In this document: in pieces, positions 38,765-48,799 of the stretch
How the letters are laid out: every line of letters begins with the position of its first letter
How positions within the stretch are numbered: position 1 is the stretch's first letter
IMG/VR virus record: IMGVR_UViG_3300029267_003703
Span: 21,448-85,447 of that record
DNA from: a virus
Length of the DNA: 64,000 nt
Reading direction: 5' to 3' (one strand)
Translations under genes and position numbers: made by a program
The notes under the pieces: model-generated
Database searches by the model: none
The model's input: only the letters and a program-made list of their open reading frames with translations
What the model was told of the DNA's origin: nothing

Positions 38765-40818
38765 TTTGCCTCCGCCCAGTGAGCCCCTTTACCTGCGTCA
38801 GTGAGAAGCTCCACAGGAAGGTCGATCAAGAATGGGTGCTCCATGCGGTCCCTGATCTCCTCCATTGCCGCGTCGGCGGTTTCTGCTGGGCACTCGAAGA
38901 CGATCTCGTCGTGCACCTGCAGAAGCATCCGGCAGCCGTACTTCTCTTCGAGGTTGGCCTCGTCGCACAGAATCATGGCCATCTTCGCCACGTCTGCCGC
39001 CGTGCCCTGAATGCGGACGTTGCCGGACTGTCGCTCGGCACGCCATCGCATCTGTTCGTCGTGAGCGTGGATGTCGGGCAGAACCCGACGGCGACCAAGG
39101 AAGGTGTGAGCGCAGGTCGTCTCCCGGACGATGTCGACGGAGTCCTCGAAGAACTTCCGCACGGCCGGGTAGCGATCCATGTACGCTCCCATCTTCTCCT
39201 CGGCCTCGGCAACCGTGCACTTCAGCCGCTTGGCGAGCTCCCACTTCTTCATGCCGTAGTTCAGCCCGAAGCCGATGGTCTTGGCCGCGGACCTGGCATG
39301 AAGGCAGTCTTGCAGGTACTTGTGCTGAGCGAGGTCCTGTACTTTGAGCGCGCCCCACTCATCCTCGCTCATCTTCTTGGCCCGTTTGATGTCGTCGTAC
39401 GGGAGGCCGAAGACCAGAGAGGCGTTGCCGATGTGGATGTCCCACCCCTTCTTGAAGATGTCGATCATGTCCTGTTCACCCGACAGCGCAGCGAGCAGGC
39501 GCATCTCCAACTGCTTGTAGTCGAAGACGATCATGACGTAGCCCGGAGGCACGATGAATGCCTTGCGGATCTGGTAGATGTCGTCTTCCGGGTTCTTGAT
39601 GTTCTGCAGGTTGGGGTCGGACGACGAGAGTCGGCCGGTCCGCGCCACGTCTTGGTTGAACTTGGTACGGATGCGGCCATCTTCGTCCAGACGATCGAGC
39701 AGGCCCTCCACGTAGGTGCCCTTCGTCTTGGTGATGTCGCGAACTGCGAGGAGCAGGTTGGCGACTGGGTCGTTGTACTTGTCGCTGAGGTAGGTGATGG
39801 TCGCTTCATCCGTGGAAGGCGATCGAACCCCGCCCTTGCCACCCTTCGTTCGCTTGAGCGGGGTGTACTTCATCACGTCGAAGAAGTACTCCCTGAGCTG
39901 CTTGGTGGAGTTGGGGTTGGTGAGCAGGGCCCCGGCCTTGTCGGCCTCGTGGGCGATCTGCCTGGTGAGCTCGGCGAGCCGCTCTTCCATGGGGGCTTTG
40001 AGCCCTTCGAGGAACTCGACGTCGATGACGACTCCGTTGCGCTCGCACTTCCAAAGCACCTTGGTGAACGGTACCTCGATGATGAAGAACAGGTCGGCCA
40101 GGGTACCGATGATGGTCCGATGGTTTGGGTCCATCTCTCGCATCATGGCATCCATGCCGCAGTCGACCTCGACCTTCATGAGCAGCTCCTCGAGCTTCTC
40201 GAACAGCAGCAAGGTGCCGTAGGCGTCGTTCGAGGCGTACTCCGTCAGCAGGTCCCGGTCGTTCTCGTAGGCCCAGAGCAATGCGTCCTGTACCGACACG
40301 AACTTGCCGCCTGCCTCGACCTCTTCGGCCGTGGAGCCACGTGTGAGCTTGCCCCCTTTCTGGACCTTGAAGGTGTCCATGAAGTCCTTCCAGGTCCAGC
40401 CGAGGATGTGATCGCTGATGTACTTGAGCCGGTGCGGGTGCTCTTCGTACAGCAGCGCGTGCATGACTTGGATGTCGACGACTTGCCCTGCGAAGCGGAT
40501 GCCTACGTTCGCCAGCATGTGCATGTCGAACTTGGCATTCGCGAACACCCAGCTGATACGTTCGTCGTCGAACAGCTTGTGGAAGCGGTGGAGAAGACCG
40601 GCGTGCAGGGTACAGCGGTGCACCTGCCCGTCGATCGACCTCCACGACAGCGACCAGAACAGGGGCACGTCTCGTGTCTTGTTCAGGCCGGTGGTCTCCG
40701 TGTCGATTGCGATGACCCTGACCTTGCTCAGCGTCTCGATCAACTCGGAGGTGATGGCGCCGTCGAGGCCGTCGTCGTAGAAGTACGCCGCCGGCATCCC
40801 AACGTTCAGGCTCCGCAT
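38761..40818 (-). CDS. polA: family A DNA polymerase with 3'-5' exonuclease
   Basis: IDTETTG, NAKFD and YASND exo motifs; TGRLSSSDPNLQN; motif A DYKQLEMR, motif B RSAAKTIGFGLNYG, motif C QVHDE. Confidence 0.96.
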   Translation of the reverse strand: MRSLNVGMPAAYFYDDGLDGAITSELIETLSKVRVIAIDTETTGLNKTRDVPLFWSLSWRSIDGQVHRCTLHAGLLHRFHKLFDDERISWVFANAKFDMHMLANVGIRFAGQVVDIQVMHALLYEEHPHRLKYISDHILGWTWKDFMDTFKVQKGGKLTRGSTAEEVEAGGKFVSVQDALLWAYENDRDLLTEYASNDAYGTLLLFEKLEELLMKVEVDCGMDAMMREMDPNHRTIIGTLADLFFIIEVPFTKVLWKCERNGVVIDVEFLEGLKAPMEERLAELTRQIAHEADKAGALLTNPNSTKQLREYFFDVMKYTPLKRTKGGKGGVRSPSTDEATITYLSDKYNDPVANLLLAVRDITKTKGTYVEGLLDRLDEDGRIRTKFNQDVARTGRLSSSDPNLQNIKNPEDDIYQIRKAFIVPPGYVMIVFDYKQLEMRLLAALSGEQDMIDIFKKGWDIHIGNASLVFGLPYDDIKRAKKMSEDEWGALKVQDLAQHKYLQDCLHARSAAKTIGFGLNYGMKKWELAKRLKCTVAEAEEKMGAYMDRYPAVRKFFEDSVDIVRETTCAHTFLGRRRVLPDIHAHDEQMRWRAERQSGNVRIQGTAADVAKMAMILCDEANLEEKYGCRMLLQVHDEIVFECPAETADAAMEEIRDRMEHPFLIDLPVELLTDAGKGAHWAEAK

Positions 40819-40839
40819 GTGCTCCTCCTGGGCGGCCTA

Positions 40840-41982
40840 CTACCGCTGTTGCCCGTACTCCCTGGTGGAGTTACTCGGGGTGCGCGTGACTTGTTTCGGG
40901 CCCAGGATGGCGACTTGGTCGGCCATGGGGGTCGGTCCGAGCAGCGTCGGGAGATCGAACGGCTGGAGCATGAACTCGGCCTGCTCCTCCGTCAGCCCTT
41001 CTGGCAGTTCGATGGGGTGGGGCTCGCTGTAGTCGACGAGCTGGAACGTCTTGGTAGACTTGCGCCCCGGGGTCTGCGTCTCGACCATGGCGAAGTGCAG
41101 GTCCACGTCGAAGATGGATGCGGGCTGCGCGTCATCGCAGTTCTCGCACGCGTAGTACTTCTTCGGCAGTGTCGTCTGCTCGCAGTGTGGGCACAGGTAC
41201 ATCTCGTTGGCCTGCTTGTCGAGCGCTTCGATCTCCTCAGCGTCGAGCTGCGTCTTGCCGCGCTCGTAGAAGGGGTACTCGCACTCGGGGTTGCCACACA
41301 CGACCGCTTCCCAGTGGATGCTGTTCTTCGTGCCGCAGTTCTTGCAGCTGTAGAAGATGGCCTTGGCAGTGTCGAGGATGATGCCGCGGTACGTGGAGCC
41401 GAAGTCCCAGCGCATCTTGCGGCAGGGAAGGGTCTCGGCTTGCGGATCGCGACGAGAGCGCTGCCACGCCATGAACGCCGAGCCGTCGTTGCGTGTCTTG
41501 ACTTGGCCGGTGCTCTTGTCGAGCTGCGGAAGCAGCTGATACTCGTGGTAGTGGATGAGCGAAACGGAGTGCTGCTGCCTGCGTCCGAGGTAGCCCTCCT
41601 TCCAGCGGCCCCGCTCGTCCTTCGTGCGTGCAGCCAGGTACAGGTCGCAGCCGTGGCAGGGCTCTGCACGATTCGAGTCGAAGAAGTACAGTCCACCGCT
41701 GCACGACGTGGACTTGTAGGTGCGTGTGTCGCGGTGCTCACGCCAGGTGAAGAACGGCCAGTCTCCGACGACGACCTGGTCGTTGAGCAGCAGCTCTTGT
41801 CGGTACATCTGCGGCAGCAGGCGCACGATGTCCGGGGCGCGGCGGGTGCCGCTGGGGTAGTACGCGTCGTCCATCAGATGATACCCGAGCCGTCCTCCAG
41901 CTCCCCTCTGCCCCGTCTGGGCCATGAGGGCCATCATCTGCGTTACGTCGCCTTGTACGATGACAGGATCTTGTTCAGCCAT
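40840..41982 (-). CDS. Cys-rich putative single-stranded DNA-binding protein
   Basis: Between primase and PolA; IVRLL...REH...SCS...PCHGC is gp32-like; four extra Cys pairs. Confidence 0.5.
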   Translation of the reverse strand: MAEQDPVIVQGDVTQMMALMAQTGQRGAGGRLGYHLMDDAYYPSGTRRAPDIVRLLPQMYRQELLLNDQVVVGDWPFFTWREHRDTRTYKSTSCSGGLYFFDSNRAEPCHGCDLYLAARTKDERGRWKEGYLGRRQQHSVSLIHYHEYQLLPQLDKSTGQVKTRNDGSAFMAWQRSRRDPQAETLPCRKMRWDFGSTYRGIILDTAKAIFYSCKNCGTKNSIHWEAVVCGNPECEYPFYERGKTQLDAEEIEALDKQANEMYLCPHCEQTTLPKKYYACENCDDAQPASIFDVDLHFAMVETQTPGRKSTKTFQLVDYSEPHPIELPEGLTEEQAEFMLQPFDLPTLLGPTPMADQVAILGPKQVTRTPSNSTREYGQQR

Positions 41983-42965
41983 TGCTTGTCACTCCTTGTT
42001 CTTGTGGCCCACAACTCAAAAGGCTCTGCGGATTGCACCGCGCCTACGACTTCATCTGGGGGCATGTGGTCGGGCTGTTTCCCGTACGGCACGTCTGCCA
42101 CCCGAACCGGGAAGGAACGGGACAGCTTTCGTCCGGCGATCAGGGTACCACTGAACCCCGCCTTGTCGCCATCAAACATCAGCACGACTCTTCTTCCCAG
42201 GCGGGACAGAATAGTGCACTGTTCATCGGTCAAACCAGAGCCGATAGTAGCGACAACCTCGTGGATTCCTGCTTGGTGAACCCACATGCAGGCTTTGAAT
42301 CCTTCGACTACTACCAGTGGCCCGTCGTTGAAAGTAAGAAGAGGGATGACCTGGTGCAGGTTCCAAAGAAGGACCTTGCGTTCGGTGCCGACCGTCGGCA
42401 TGCCCCAGATCTTGTACTCTTCCTTGTAGATCTTGTACCGGCCGCCTTCTTCTCCTTCTGTTCTTCTTCCGCTGACACCCACCAGACGGCCGTGGATGTC
42501 ACGCAGGGGGTAGGTAACGCGCATGTGTGTCTTGTCGAAGCCGACGTCGAAGTACCGCAGCACCTCCTCCTCGAAGCCCTGCTCGAGCAGTTCGACGGGG
42601 CACCATTGGAAGAGGCCGAGCAGCGATTCGGGGATGGTCGGGTTCGACAGCAGGTTGTCTCGAAGAGGATCGTGCCGAGGCACTTGTTCTTCTTCGAGAC
42701 GCTCGATGAGGGCGCCGTACCGTATCTTGATGACGGCCGGAGCCTCCCCGATGTCCCGGAGGAACCGGGCGAGGTTGCCCTTGGCGTGACAAGAGAAGCA
42801 GAAGAAGAGGCCACGTGAGATGTTCAGGGACAGTGTGCGCGACCCCCCGGGGTCATCCGAGGTATGGAACGGGCACTCCGCCATGATCTGGTCCGGCCCC
42901 GACTTCCGTACCTTCTTCAGGTACTTGTACGCAAGATCGAGAACGGCATCTTCTGGCGTAGTCAC
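41943..42965 (-). CDS. DnaG-type DNA primase (CHC2 zinc finger plus TOPRIM)
   Basis: CPFH...CFSC, YPLRD..G..VG.SGR, VVEGF, MFDGDKAG, KQPD. Confidence 0.9.
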   Translation of the reverse strand: MTTPEDAVLDLAYKYLKKVRKSGPDQIMAECPFHTSDDPGGSRTLSLNISRGLFFCFSCHAKGNLARFLRDIGEAPAVIKIRYGALIERLEEEQVPRHDPLRDNLLSNPTIPESLLGLFQWCPVELLEQGFEEEVLRYFDVGFDKTHMRVTYPLRDIHGRLVGVSGRRTEGEEGGRYKIYKEEYKIWGMPTVGTERKVLLWNLHQVIPLLTFNDGPLVVVEGFKACMWVHQAGIHEVVATIGSGLTDEQCTILSRLGRRVVLMFDGDKAGFSGTLIAGRKLSRSFPVRVADVPYGKQPDHMPPDEVVGAVQSAEPFELWATRTRSDKQWLNKILSSYKAT

Positions 42966-44413
42966 TTCTTCCCCTTGGTGCTCTTCTTGTTGCTGGGTGT
43001 ACGTTTGACCGACTCCAGTTGCTCCTTGAAGCTCTTGAGTGCGGCTGCTTCTGCGTCTTTCGACGATGGCTTTCTTTTCTTCTTCTTCTCTGCTGGTGAT
43101 TCGCCAGGGTCGTTCGCGTCGACCTCCTGAGCCTCACGCAGCTCTTTTTCTGTTACCCTTTCTTTGAAGTAGAAGTCCGTGGCCGGAACTCCTCCGATGC
43201 GGAAGCCAGGCAGGTCCCATTCACGGGAGCCCGCTATGCCCATCATGCAGGTGTTCTGGCTCCGGTCCTCGACCTTCTCGTTGACGACTCGGATGGCCGC
43301 AGTGGCGTCTTGACTGAAGGCGTCAGAGAATGCGAGCTCGTCGAGCTCCGCCATCTTGTGCCCAGCCGCTTTGCGGTTGGCCTGGCTCGTGGCAACGAAT
43401 GGGATCCCTAGCCGCAGTTGGAGGTCGCGAGCTTGTCTCGAGATTGCTTGGACCCGAACGTTGTCGCTGACGGCCCGCTTGTGGCCAGAGCTCATCAGGT
43501 AGATGCCGTCCACGTAGACGATGTGCGGCTTGTACTTGCTGACCTTCGCACCGAGCCACGCGATGGTGTCGCCGCCTTCGGACACGTCCTTGCCGGCCAG
43601 GCAGATGAGACGGTCGCTGTGTTGAATCTGCTGCGACAGGTCTCGTACCGCCCGGAAGTTGGCTCGGTCCTCTTTGGTCAGCTTGCCCCTGCGGAGCTCT
43701 CGGTATGGGACCTCTGCGAGACAGGCGGCGACGCGTTTGATGATGTTCTCGGGCGTCATCTCCTTGGTGTAGACCAGGATGTTGAGCCCCTGTGTGAAGT
43801 GGAAAGCGATGAGGTACGACAGGATCCACGACTTCATACTCTTGGGTCGGCCGTAGATGATGACGTAGTCGTCGTGCCACAGGCCGAGCGACTCCTCTTG
43901 GATGGCTTCCCAGGGCCACTTGATGGGCGACTCCCCGAGTCCTTCCTCAGCCAGGCAGTACTTCTCGTAGATGGTGTTCATAGCGGCCCCGAACGTGACG
44001 TCCTTGTTGGAGCCGTCGCTGATCTCCATGAGGATCTGCGTCTGCCTGTTGAGGTTGGAGATGGCTTCCAGGGGACTGACGTCGAGGTTGCCGAGTGCCA
44101 GCTCCATGGACTGCCTTGCTTGAACGGTGACGCGGTTGGTCCTGACCATCAGGCACAGGGACGCGGTCGTCATGCCGGGGTCGTCGCAAAGCACGAACGT
44201 GGGAAGCAGGGCCTTGAGCGTGTTGGGGCCGATGACCGAGCCCGCCGACTCTTGGAAGAAGCTGTACAGGTGAGTGAACGTGCCCCTACCCAGGTCGGTC
44301 TGGAAGTCTTCGTGGTTGATGCCCCACTCCAGCACCTCGGCCAAGTTCCCGGTGCTGATGATCCTGCTTAGGAGCTGCAACTCTACATGGTGCAGCCCTC
44401 CGCTCGATTGCAT
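42962..44413 (-). CDS. DnaB-like replicative helicase
   Basis: Variant Walker A GRPKSMKS, EMT, VYVDGIYLM, SQANR, SDAFSQDA; adjacent to the primase. Confidence 0.85.
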   Translation of the reverse strand: MQSSGGLHHVELQLLSRIISTGNLAEVLEWGINHEDFQTDLGRGTFTHLYSFFQESAGSVIGPNTLKALLPTFVLCDDPGMTTASLCLMVRTNRVTVQARQSMELALGNLDVSPLEAISNLNRQTQILMEISDGSNKDVTFGAAMNTIYEKYCLAEEGLGESPIKWPWEAIQEESLGLWHDDYVIIYGRPKSMKSWILSYLIAFHFTQGLNILVYTKEMTPENIIKRVAACLAEVPYRELRRGKLTKEDRANFRAVRDLSQQIQHSDRLICLAGKDVSEGGDTIAWLGAKVSKYKPHIVYVDGIYLMSSGHKRAVSDNVRVQAISRQARDLQLRLGIPFVATSQANRKAAGHKMAELDELAFSDAFSQDATAAIRVVNEKVEDRSQNTCMMGIAGSREWDLPGFRIGGVPATDFYFKERVTEKELREAQEVDANDPGESPAEKKKKRKPSSKDAEAAALKSFKEQLESVKRTPSNKKSTKGKK

Positions 44414-44425
44414 TCATACCCCTCC

Positions 44426-44746
44426 TCACAACGGCTTCGTCCCGTCGTTGAAGTGCGCGCCGAGGTCCGCCGGCGGGCCGCCGATCGACGAACCTTCCCC
44501 AGCTTCTTCCCCTCCTTCGAAGGTGACGCTGGCCATGTAACGCTCGATGGAGTCTCGCAGGGCCAGCACCTTTTCCCTGACGTCGGGAGATGAGAACTGG
44601 GTGACCGTGGTGGTGGCGTAAGTGGCGCCGTCCTTAGTGTTGATGAGCTTCGCCTCGGCGCGAATGTCCATGGCGGCGTCCGTCAGCAAGTCGACCTTGA
44701 TGGACGTGACCGCCAGCGCGTCGGCCTTTAGCGTTCCTTGGATCAT
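44426..44746 (-). CDS. hypothetical protein
   Basis: Start MIQGTL at 44746 after GGAGG, ATGA overlap. Confidence 0.65.
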   Translation of the reverse strand: MIQGTLKADALAVTSIKVDLLTDAAMDIRAEAKLINTKDGATYATTTVTQFSSPDVREKVLALRDSIERYMASVTFEGGEEAGEGSSIGGPPADLGAHFNDGTKPL

Positions 44747-45063
44747 CGCTCTGCCTCCTGCGCCTGCCAGACACGGGCAGGCAGCTCCTTGGACAGCTTC
44801 TGAAGACCGTCGCGGGCGAAGTGCTGGGCAATGGTCAGGCCGGTGGCGTAAGCCTGTTCGATGGCCTTGGTCGTCTGGTTGCAGTGCAGCTTTACTGCCA
44901 CCGAGCACTTCGCGTAGCCGAATGGCAGGTTGTAGCCGGCCGTGACCGTGACCTCCGCTGGCGGCCCGTCGCCTACGTCAATCAGGTCAGCCATGAGGGC
45001 GCCACCGAGCACTTCGTGCAGAGTCCGGCCGTCCTCGTACTCGAAGACACGTTCAGCTTCTAC
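44743..45063 (-). CDS. hypothetical protein (start 45063 or 44994)
   Basis: Coding-like 3' part of ORF 44743..45333. Confidence 0.55.
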   Translation of the reverse strand, partial: VEAERVFEYEDGRTLHEVLGGALMADLIDVGDGPPAEVTVTAGYNLPFGYAKCSVAVKLHCNQTTKAIEQAYATGLTIAQHFARDGLQKLSKELPARVWQAQEAER

Positions 45064-45524
45064 CACGGCAGCACCGCCTTCTTGGGCTTGGAGTAGTTGG
45101 GGGTGTACGTGAGGACTTGGTCCTGCACGTCGGTGGGGACTTCCCCCTGGTCGACGAGCATGAGGAACGAGTCCTTGGGCATCTCGTGGTGTTCGCGCTT
45201 GAACACCTTGCCGCGCCACGTTTCGAACTGCTTCTTGCCGACGAGCTCGAAGCACCTCTCGTGGTCGATCTTGATGGTGAAGTGCTTGAACGAGAAGTCG
45301 GAGAAGCTCACGCCCATCCCCGTGTCCGCGCACTTGACCCGCAGCTCCTTGTCCACCGCCTCCACCGCATCGTTGTAGCGGTCGACGATGCTCGCGTAGA
45401 CCTCGAACAGCTCCCGGTGCATCTCACGGAAGCTCTCGAGCTCCTCCTTTGCGTTGAGGTACTGCTGTCCGCTCGAAAGCTCGGACGCTTCAATCGTGAT
45501 CGTCTTCTTCCTCTTGACCGACAT
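45060..45524 (-). CDS. hypothetical protein
   Basis: GAGGAG SD before MSVKRKK at 45524. Confidence 0.7.
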   Translation of the reverse strand: MSVKRKKTITIEASELSSGQQYLNAKEELESFREMHRELFEVYASIVDRYNDAVEAVDKELRVKCADTGMGVSFSDFSFKHFTIKIDHERCFELVGKKQFETWRGKVFKREHHEMPKDSFLMLVDQGEVPTDVQDQVLTYTPNYSKPKKAVLPW

Positions 45525-46365
45525 AGGTATCTCCTCTTGGCGCGAACTCACCCTTTGATTCAATCTGGTGTCGCTTGTAGATCTCAGCTGCGAAAGAGAC
45601 CGCGTTGTACATCTTGACGGCGGCGGCATCCTCCAAGTCGTGCTCCGATTCTCGAGTTGAACGAAGCACCCATGCGGGGTGCACAGTTGGAATGCACAGG
45701 TACTCCACCTGACGCTGGATGACCGGCAGAGACACTTCGCCTTTCGTCTTTCGAGTCCATGCGTTCTTCTTCGCCGTCAGGCTGGGCAGGTAGGTTGCTC
45801 CTGGTATGTGAATCGATCTGGGTGCCCCGTTTTCCTTGGTGATGGTGATGGGCTTGCCGGTCAAAAACTCTGTGGCCACGGCCCCTAGCGTGACGATGAC
45901 GACCGGGTCGACCTTGTAGATCTCCTGGTAGATACGAGGCGCGCACGCCTTCATGTGAACGGAGGTGGGAGGAGAGTCCTCCCAGGCGATCTGTGGGGGG
46001 TCCTTCGACCCCGGGGGTCGCCGCTCGAACATGACGTTGCCGTCCTTGTCGAGCTTCTCCACGCAGCTTCTGCATGCCACGATGTTGGTGATGTAAGAGA
46101 TGTCCTTGATGTGGAGCATGGAGAGCGTCTGCCGCAGCAGCTTGCCGGACGGGCCCACGAACGGGCGGCCGGTTCCTTCCTCCACGAACCCAGGACCCTC
46201 TCCGATGAACATGATGCCACCGGGGCGGCCCTCTCCCTCGACGAAGCAGCGACGGAGAGCCAGCCTCCGCGCGCCGAGAGAGCACTTGGTGCAGTTGCTC
46301 CACTCCTCCGATAGCTCTTTCAAGCTCTTTCGGAAGTCTGGAACGAACTCTCGTTCTTCCGCCAA
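45490..46365 (-). CDS. family 4 uracil-DNA glycosylase
   Basis: CTKCSL, IGEGPG..E...GRPFVGPSG.LL, YITNIVACR, LGAVA, HPAWVLR. Confidence 0.92.
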   Translation of the reverse strand: MAEEREFVPDFRKSLKELSEEWSNCTKCSLGARRLALRRCFVEGEGRPGGIMFIGEGPGFVEEGTGRPFVGPSGKLLRQTLSMLHIKDISYITNIVACRSCVEKLDKDGNVMFERRPPGSKDPPQIAWEDSPPTSVHMKACAPRIYQEIYKVDPVVIVTLGAVATEFLTGKPITITKENGAPRSIHIPGATYLPSLTAKKNAWTRKTKGEVSLPVIQRQVEYLCIPTVHPAWVLRSTRESEHDLEDAAAVKMYNAVSFAAEIYKRHQIESKGEFAPRGDTYVGQEEEDDHD

Positions 46366-46401
46366 GCCTCACCTCCTTGGATCTAGTTTCTGTTTGGTGT
46401 C

Positions 46402-48171
46402 TTATGGCCGGTCTACGGCGCGGATGATGTCGTAGTAGTACGGCCCTCCTTCGTCGACTGGCCACTCACGTAGGTGCCTGCGCAGGTTGTGGCAGATGTT
46501 GTGCATCAGCGAGACGTCGTCTTCGAAGATCTCGATGAGCGGCTCTTTCTTCTCCGGCTTCATGCGCAGCGCCCGCCCCATCACCTGCTGAATCCAGCCC
46601 TTCTGCGAACCGGGCTCGAGGATGACGACGGTGTCCAGCTCTTGGCTGTCGAGTCCTTCTCTGCCGTACTTGGCGATGGAGAATGTGATCTGCTTGTCGT
46701 GCAGCATCGCCAGCCGGGTCTCACGCGGGACGTCGTGAATCATCAACCCGGCGTTCGAGTTGTGCCGCATCGCCTCTTTGAGGTAGGCCTCCTGCCTGTT
46801 CTTCAGGATGTTGTCGAGCCGTCGCCTCGCGGAGTCGCAGGCCATCTTGCCCGCTACCCTGTCGAGCTCCCGGCGCTGCCGCTCGGGCAGCAGGGTCGGG
46901 GTGACCTCGAGCTGGGCGCGTAGCTTTTTGATGGCCTTCTCCATGTCCTTTACGGTCTTCACCCGCATCTCTCGGTCCTCTTTGCTCGGCATGAAGGACA
47001 GGAAGCGTTGCAGGGTTCGAATGACGGACAGCTTGTCCCTCTTGTCGAGCGAACACGCCTCCTGCACGTTGGCTGGCGGGTCGAGCTCCTCGAGGGTGGG
47101 CTCGGGAATGTCGGAGTAGAACGTGCCGAGACCGTTCCAAAGCGACAGCAGGTTGACCAGCTCCTCGATGCTGTTGGACAGCACGAGAATCTTCCTGCCC
47201 TCGTCGAGAAGCTCCCCGATGCGGTTGAGGACGAAGTGAAGGCGGTCCGGCCAGCGTCCGAAGAAGCCGGCCAGCATGCCATAGTGCAGCTCCCCCCGGG
47301 CGTCGTAGATCTGTTGAACGACCGAGGGGTCCGCGGTGTTGGGGGCAAAGCCCGTCTCACGGAAGTTGATGTGAGGTTTCAGGTCTTGCGCCAGGTTCTT
47401 GTAGAGCACGGGGCCGACGTGCAGCTCCTGCACGATGTGCATGCCGTCCTTGCGCTCGGGGGTGGCGGTGAGACAGTACCTCCGGCCGTAGAACAGGTTG
47501 GCCGTCTTCGAGAATGTCTCGGCGCCGATGTGGTGGCCCTCGTCCCAGATGATGACGCCGAAGTACCGCCGGAACTCTTCCGAGAACCGGTCGGCCTTCT
47601 GCGACAACGTCTGGTAGGTAGCCAGAACGATGGGGTGCTCCCAGTCGAACTTGCTGCCCTCCACGCGCCCCACCCCGCCAGGCACGTCGAGGAACTCTTC
47701 GATGGCCGCCGCCCATTGGTCGAGCAGCGTGCTGTTGTCGACGATGATGATCGCTGGAACCTTCAGCTGGGCGATGAGCTCGAGGGCGCAGACCGTTTTG
47801 CCCTTGCCGCACGCCAGCTGAAGGACGCCGCCCCTTGCGAGCAGCATGTTCTTGACGGACTGGCGCTGTGTGAAGTCCTTGCGGTCTCGCCAGTCCAGGA
47901 TGATGCGGCTGCTGACTTCCGTTTGTTCGAAGGAGGAAGGTCGGCAGTCGACGATGTCGAAGTCGCGGGGCCGGTTGTACCTCCAGAACTCCCGGGGCAC
48001 GATCAAGTGGTGCTCCGTTTCGACGTAGAGCTTGTAGTACTTGATCGTCGTCGTGCCCGGGGAGTCGAAGGTGAGCGCCCGCTTGGTGCCCTCGACGTTC
48101 AGAACCTCCTTAGGTACCCAGAGATCGGAGTCCAGGTACCCCTTACCGCGCTCCCTCCTTACGGCCCTCAT
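46402..48171 (-). CDS. superfamily 2 (XPB/UvsW-like) DExH helicase
   Basis: LACGKGKT, WDEGHH, LTATPER, EGLD, QVMGRALR. Confidence 0.9.
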   Translation of the reverse strand: MRAVRRERGKGYLDSDLWVPKEVLNVEGTKRALTFDSPGTTTIKYYKLYVETEHHLIVPREFWRYNRPRDFDIVDCRPSSFEQTEVSSRIILDWRDRKDFTQRQSVKNMLLARGGVLQLACGKGKTVCALELIAQLKVPAIIIVDNSTLLDQWAAAIEEFLDVPGGVGRVEGSKFDWEHPIVLATYQTLSQKADRFSEEFRRYFGVIIWDEGHHIGAETFSKTANLFYGRRYCLTATPERKDGMHIVQELHVGPVLYKNLAQDLKPHINFRETGFAPNTADPSVVQQIYDARGELHYGMLAGFFGRWPDRLHFVLNRIGELLDEGRKILVLSNSIEELVNLLSLWNGLGTFYSDIPEPTLEELDPPANVQEACSLDKRDKLSVIRTLQRFLSFMPSKEDREMRVKTVKDMEKAIKKLRAQLEVTPTLLPERQRRELDRVAGKMACDSARRRLDNILKNRQEAYLKEAMRHNSNAGLMIHDVPRETRLAMLHDKQITFSIAKYGREGLDSQELDTVVILEPGSQKGWIQQVMGRALRMKPEKKEPLIEIFEDDVSLMHNICHNLRRHLREWPVDEGGPYYYDIIRAVDRP

Positions 48172-48686
48172 CCTCCCCCCTCACCTCCTCCGTGCCGCGT
48201 GAACGGGGCGTTGGAGATGAAGTGTGCCAGGGACATCAGGGCCCCTACAGCAGCGCCTCTGCCCATGGTCAACGCAGCGTTGCGGAAGCTGAACTGCTCC
48301 ATCGGCTCTAAGGTCGCGAGCATGGACGGAACGGTATACCAGTTCGACGGGACCATCTCCACCGGGTTCATCTGGATGACCTCGTGGCCGACGGGGACGC
48401 CTCTTGTTACAGGAGTAGCGGAATTTTGGGGGGTAGAGAGAAACGCCGGACGCTTCACCGACGTGGACAGCGCCGCCGGCGGTGTGCCTCGGGTCAGGTT
48501 CGTGACCGGGACTTGGAATGATTGGGACACTTTCCTCGCTGACTTCTGCGCCCCGCACGATTGGAAGTAGTCGCACACGGGTCTGATGTTCGATCCTCCT
48601 GTGCTCATGTAGTTCGGATCGTATCCGCCCCTGCACTCAACAGCCTGAGCGGACCACAAGTTGCCGAAACAGTCCGGCTTGCCCAT
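48168..48686 (-). CDS. hypothetical protein with N-terminal Cys4 motif
   Basis: PDCFG...EC...CDYFQSC; AAAGGAG SD; first gene of the replication operon. Confidence 0.7.
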   Translation of the reverse strand: MGKPDCFGNLWSAQAVECRGGYDPNYMSTGGSNIRPVCDYFQSCGAQKSARKVSQSFQVPVTNLTRGTPPAALSTSVKRPAFLSTPQNSATPVTRGVPVGHEVIQMNPVEMVPSNWYTVPSMLATLEPMEQFSFRNAALTMGRGAAVGALMSLAHFISNAPFTRHGGGEGGG

Positions 48687-48724
48687 GGTTCTCCTTTCTG
48701 GAGCTACGTCTGTGCTCCGTTTCC

Positions 48725-48778
48725 CTTATGACCGCTCTCGGGCTATCCTTGCGCGGGCCTCTGCGCCATTGCTAGGAT
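48725..48778. promoter_or_regulatory. back-to-back divergent promoter pair (candidate)
   Basis: GTCATAAG on - (48725-48732); TTGCGC-N18-TAGGAT with TG extension on + (48749-48778). Confidence 0.55.
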
Positions 48779-48799
48779 GGCAAGATAAGGAGAAACCCG

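Noticed and set aside
45490-46365. Uracil-containing genome or uracil-dependent promoters as in AR9
   Set aside because: The phage encodes an intact-looking uracil-DNA glycosylase, which argues against U-DNA.
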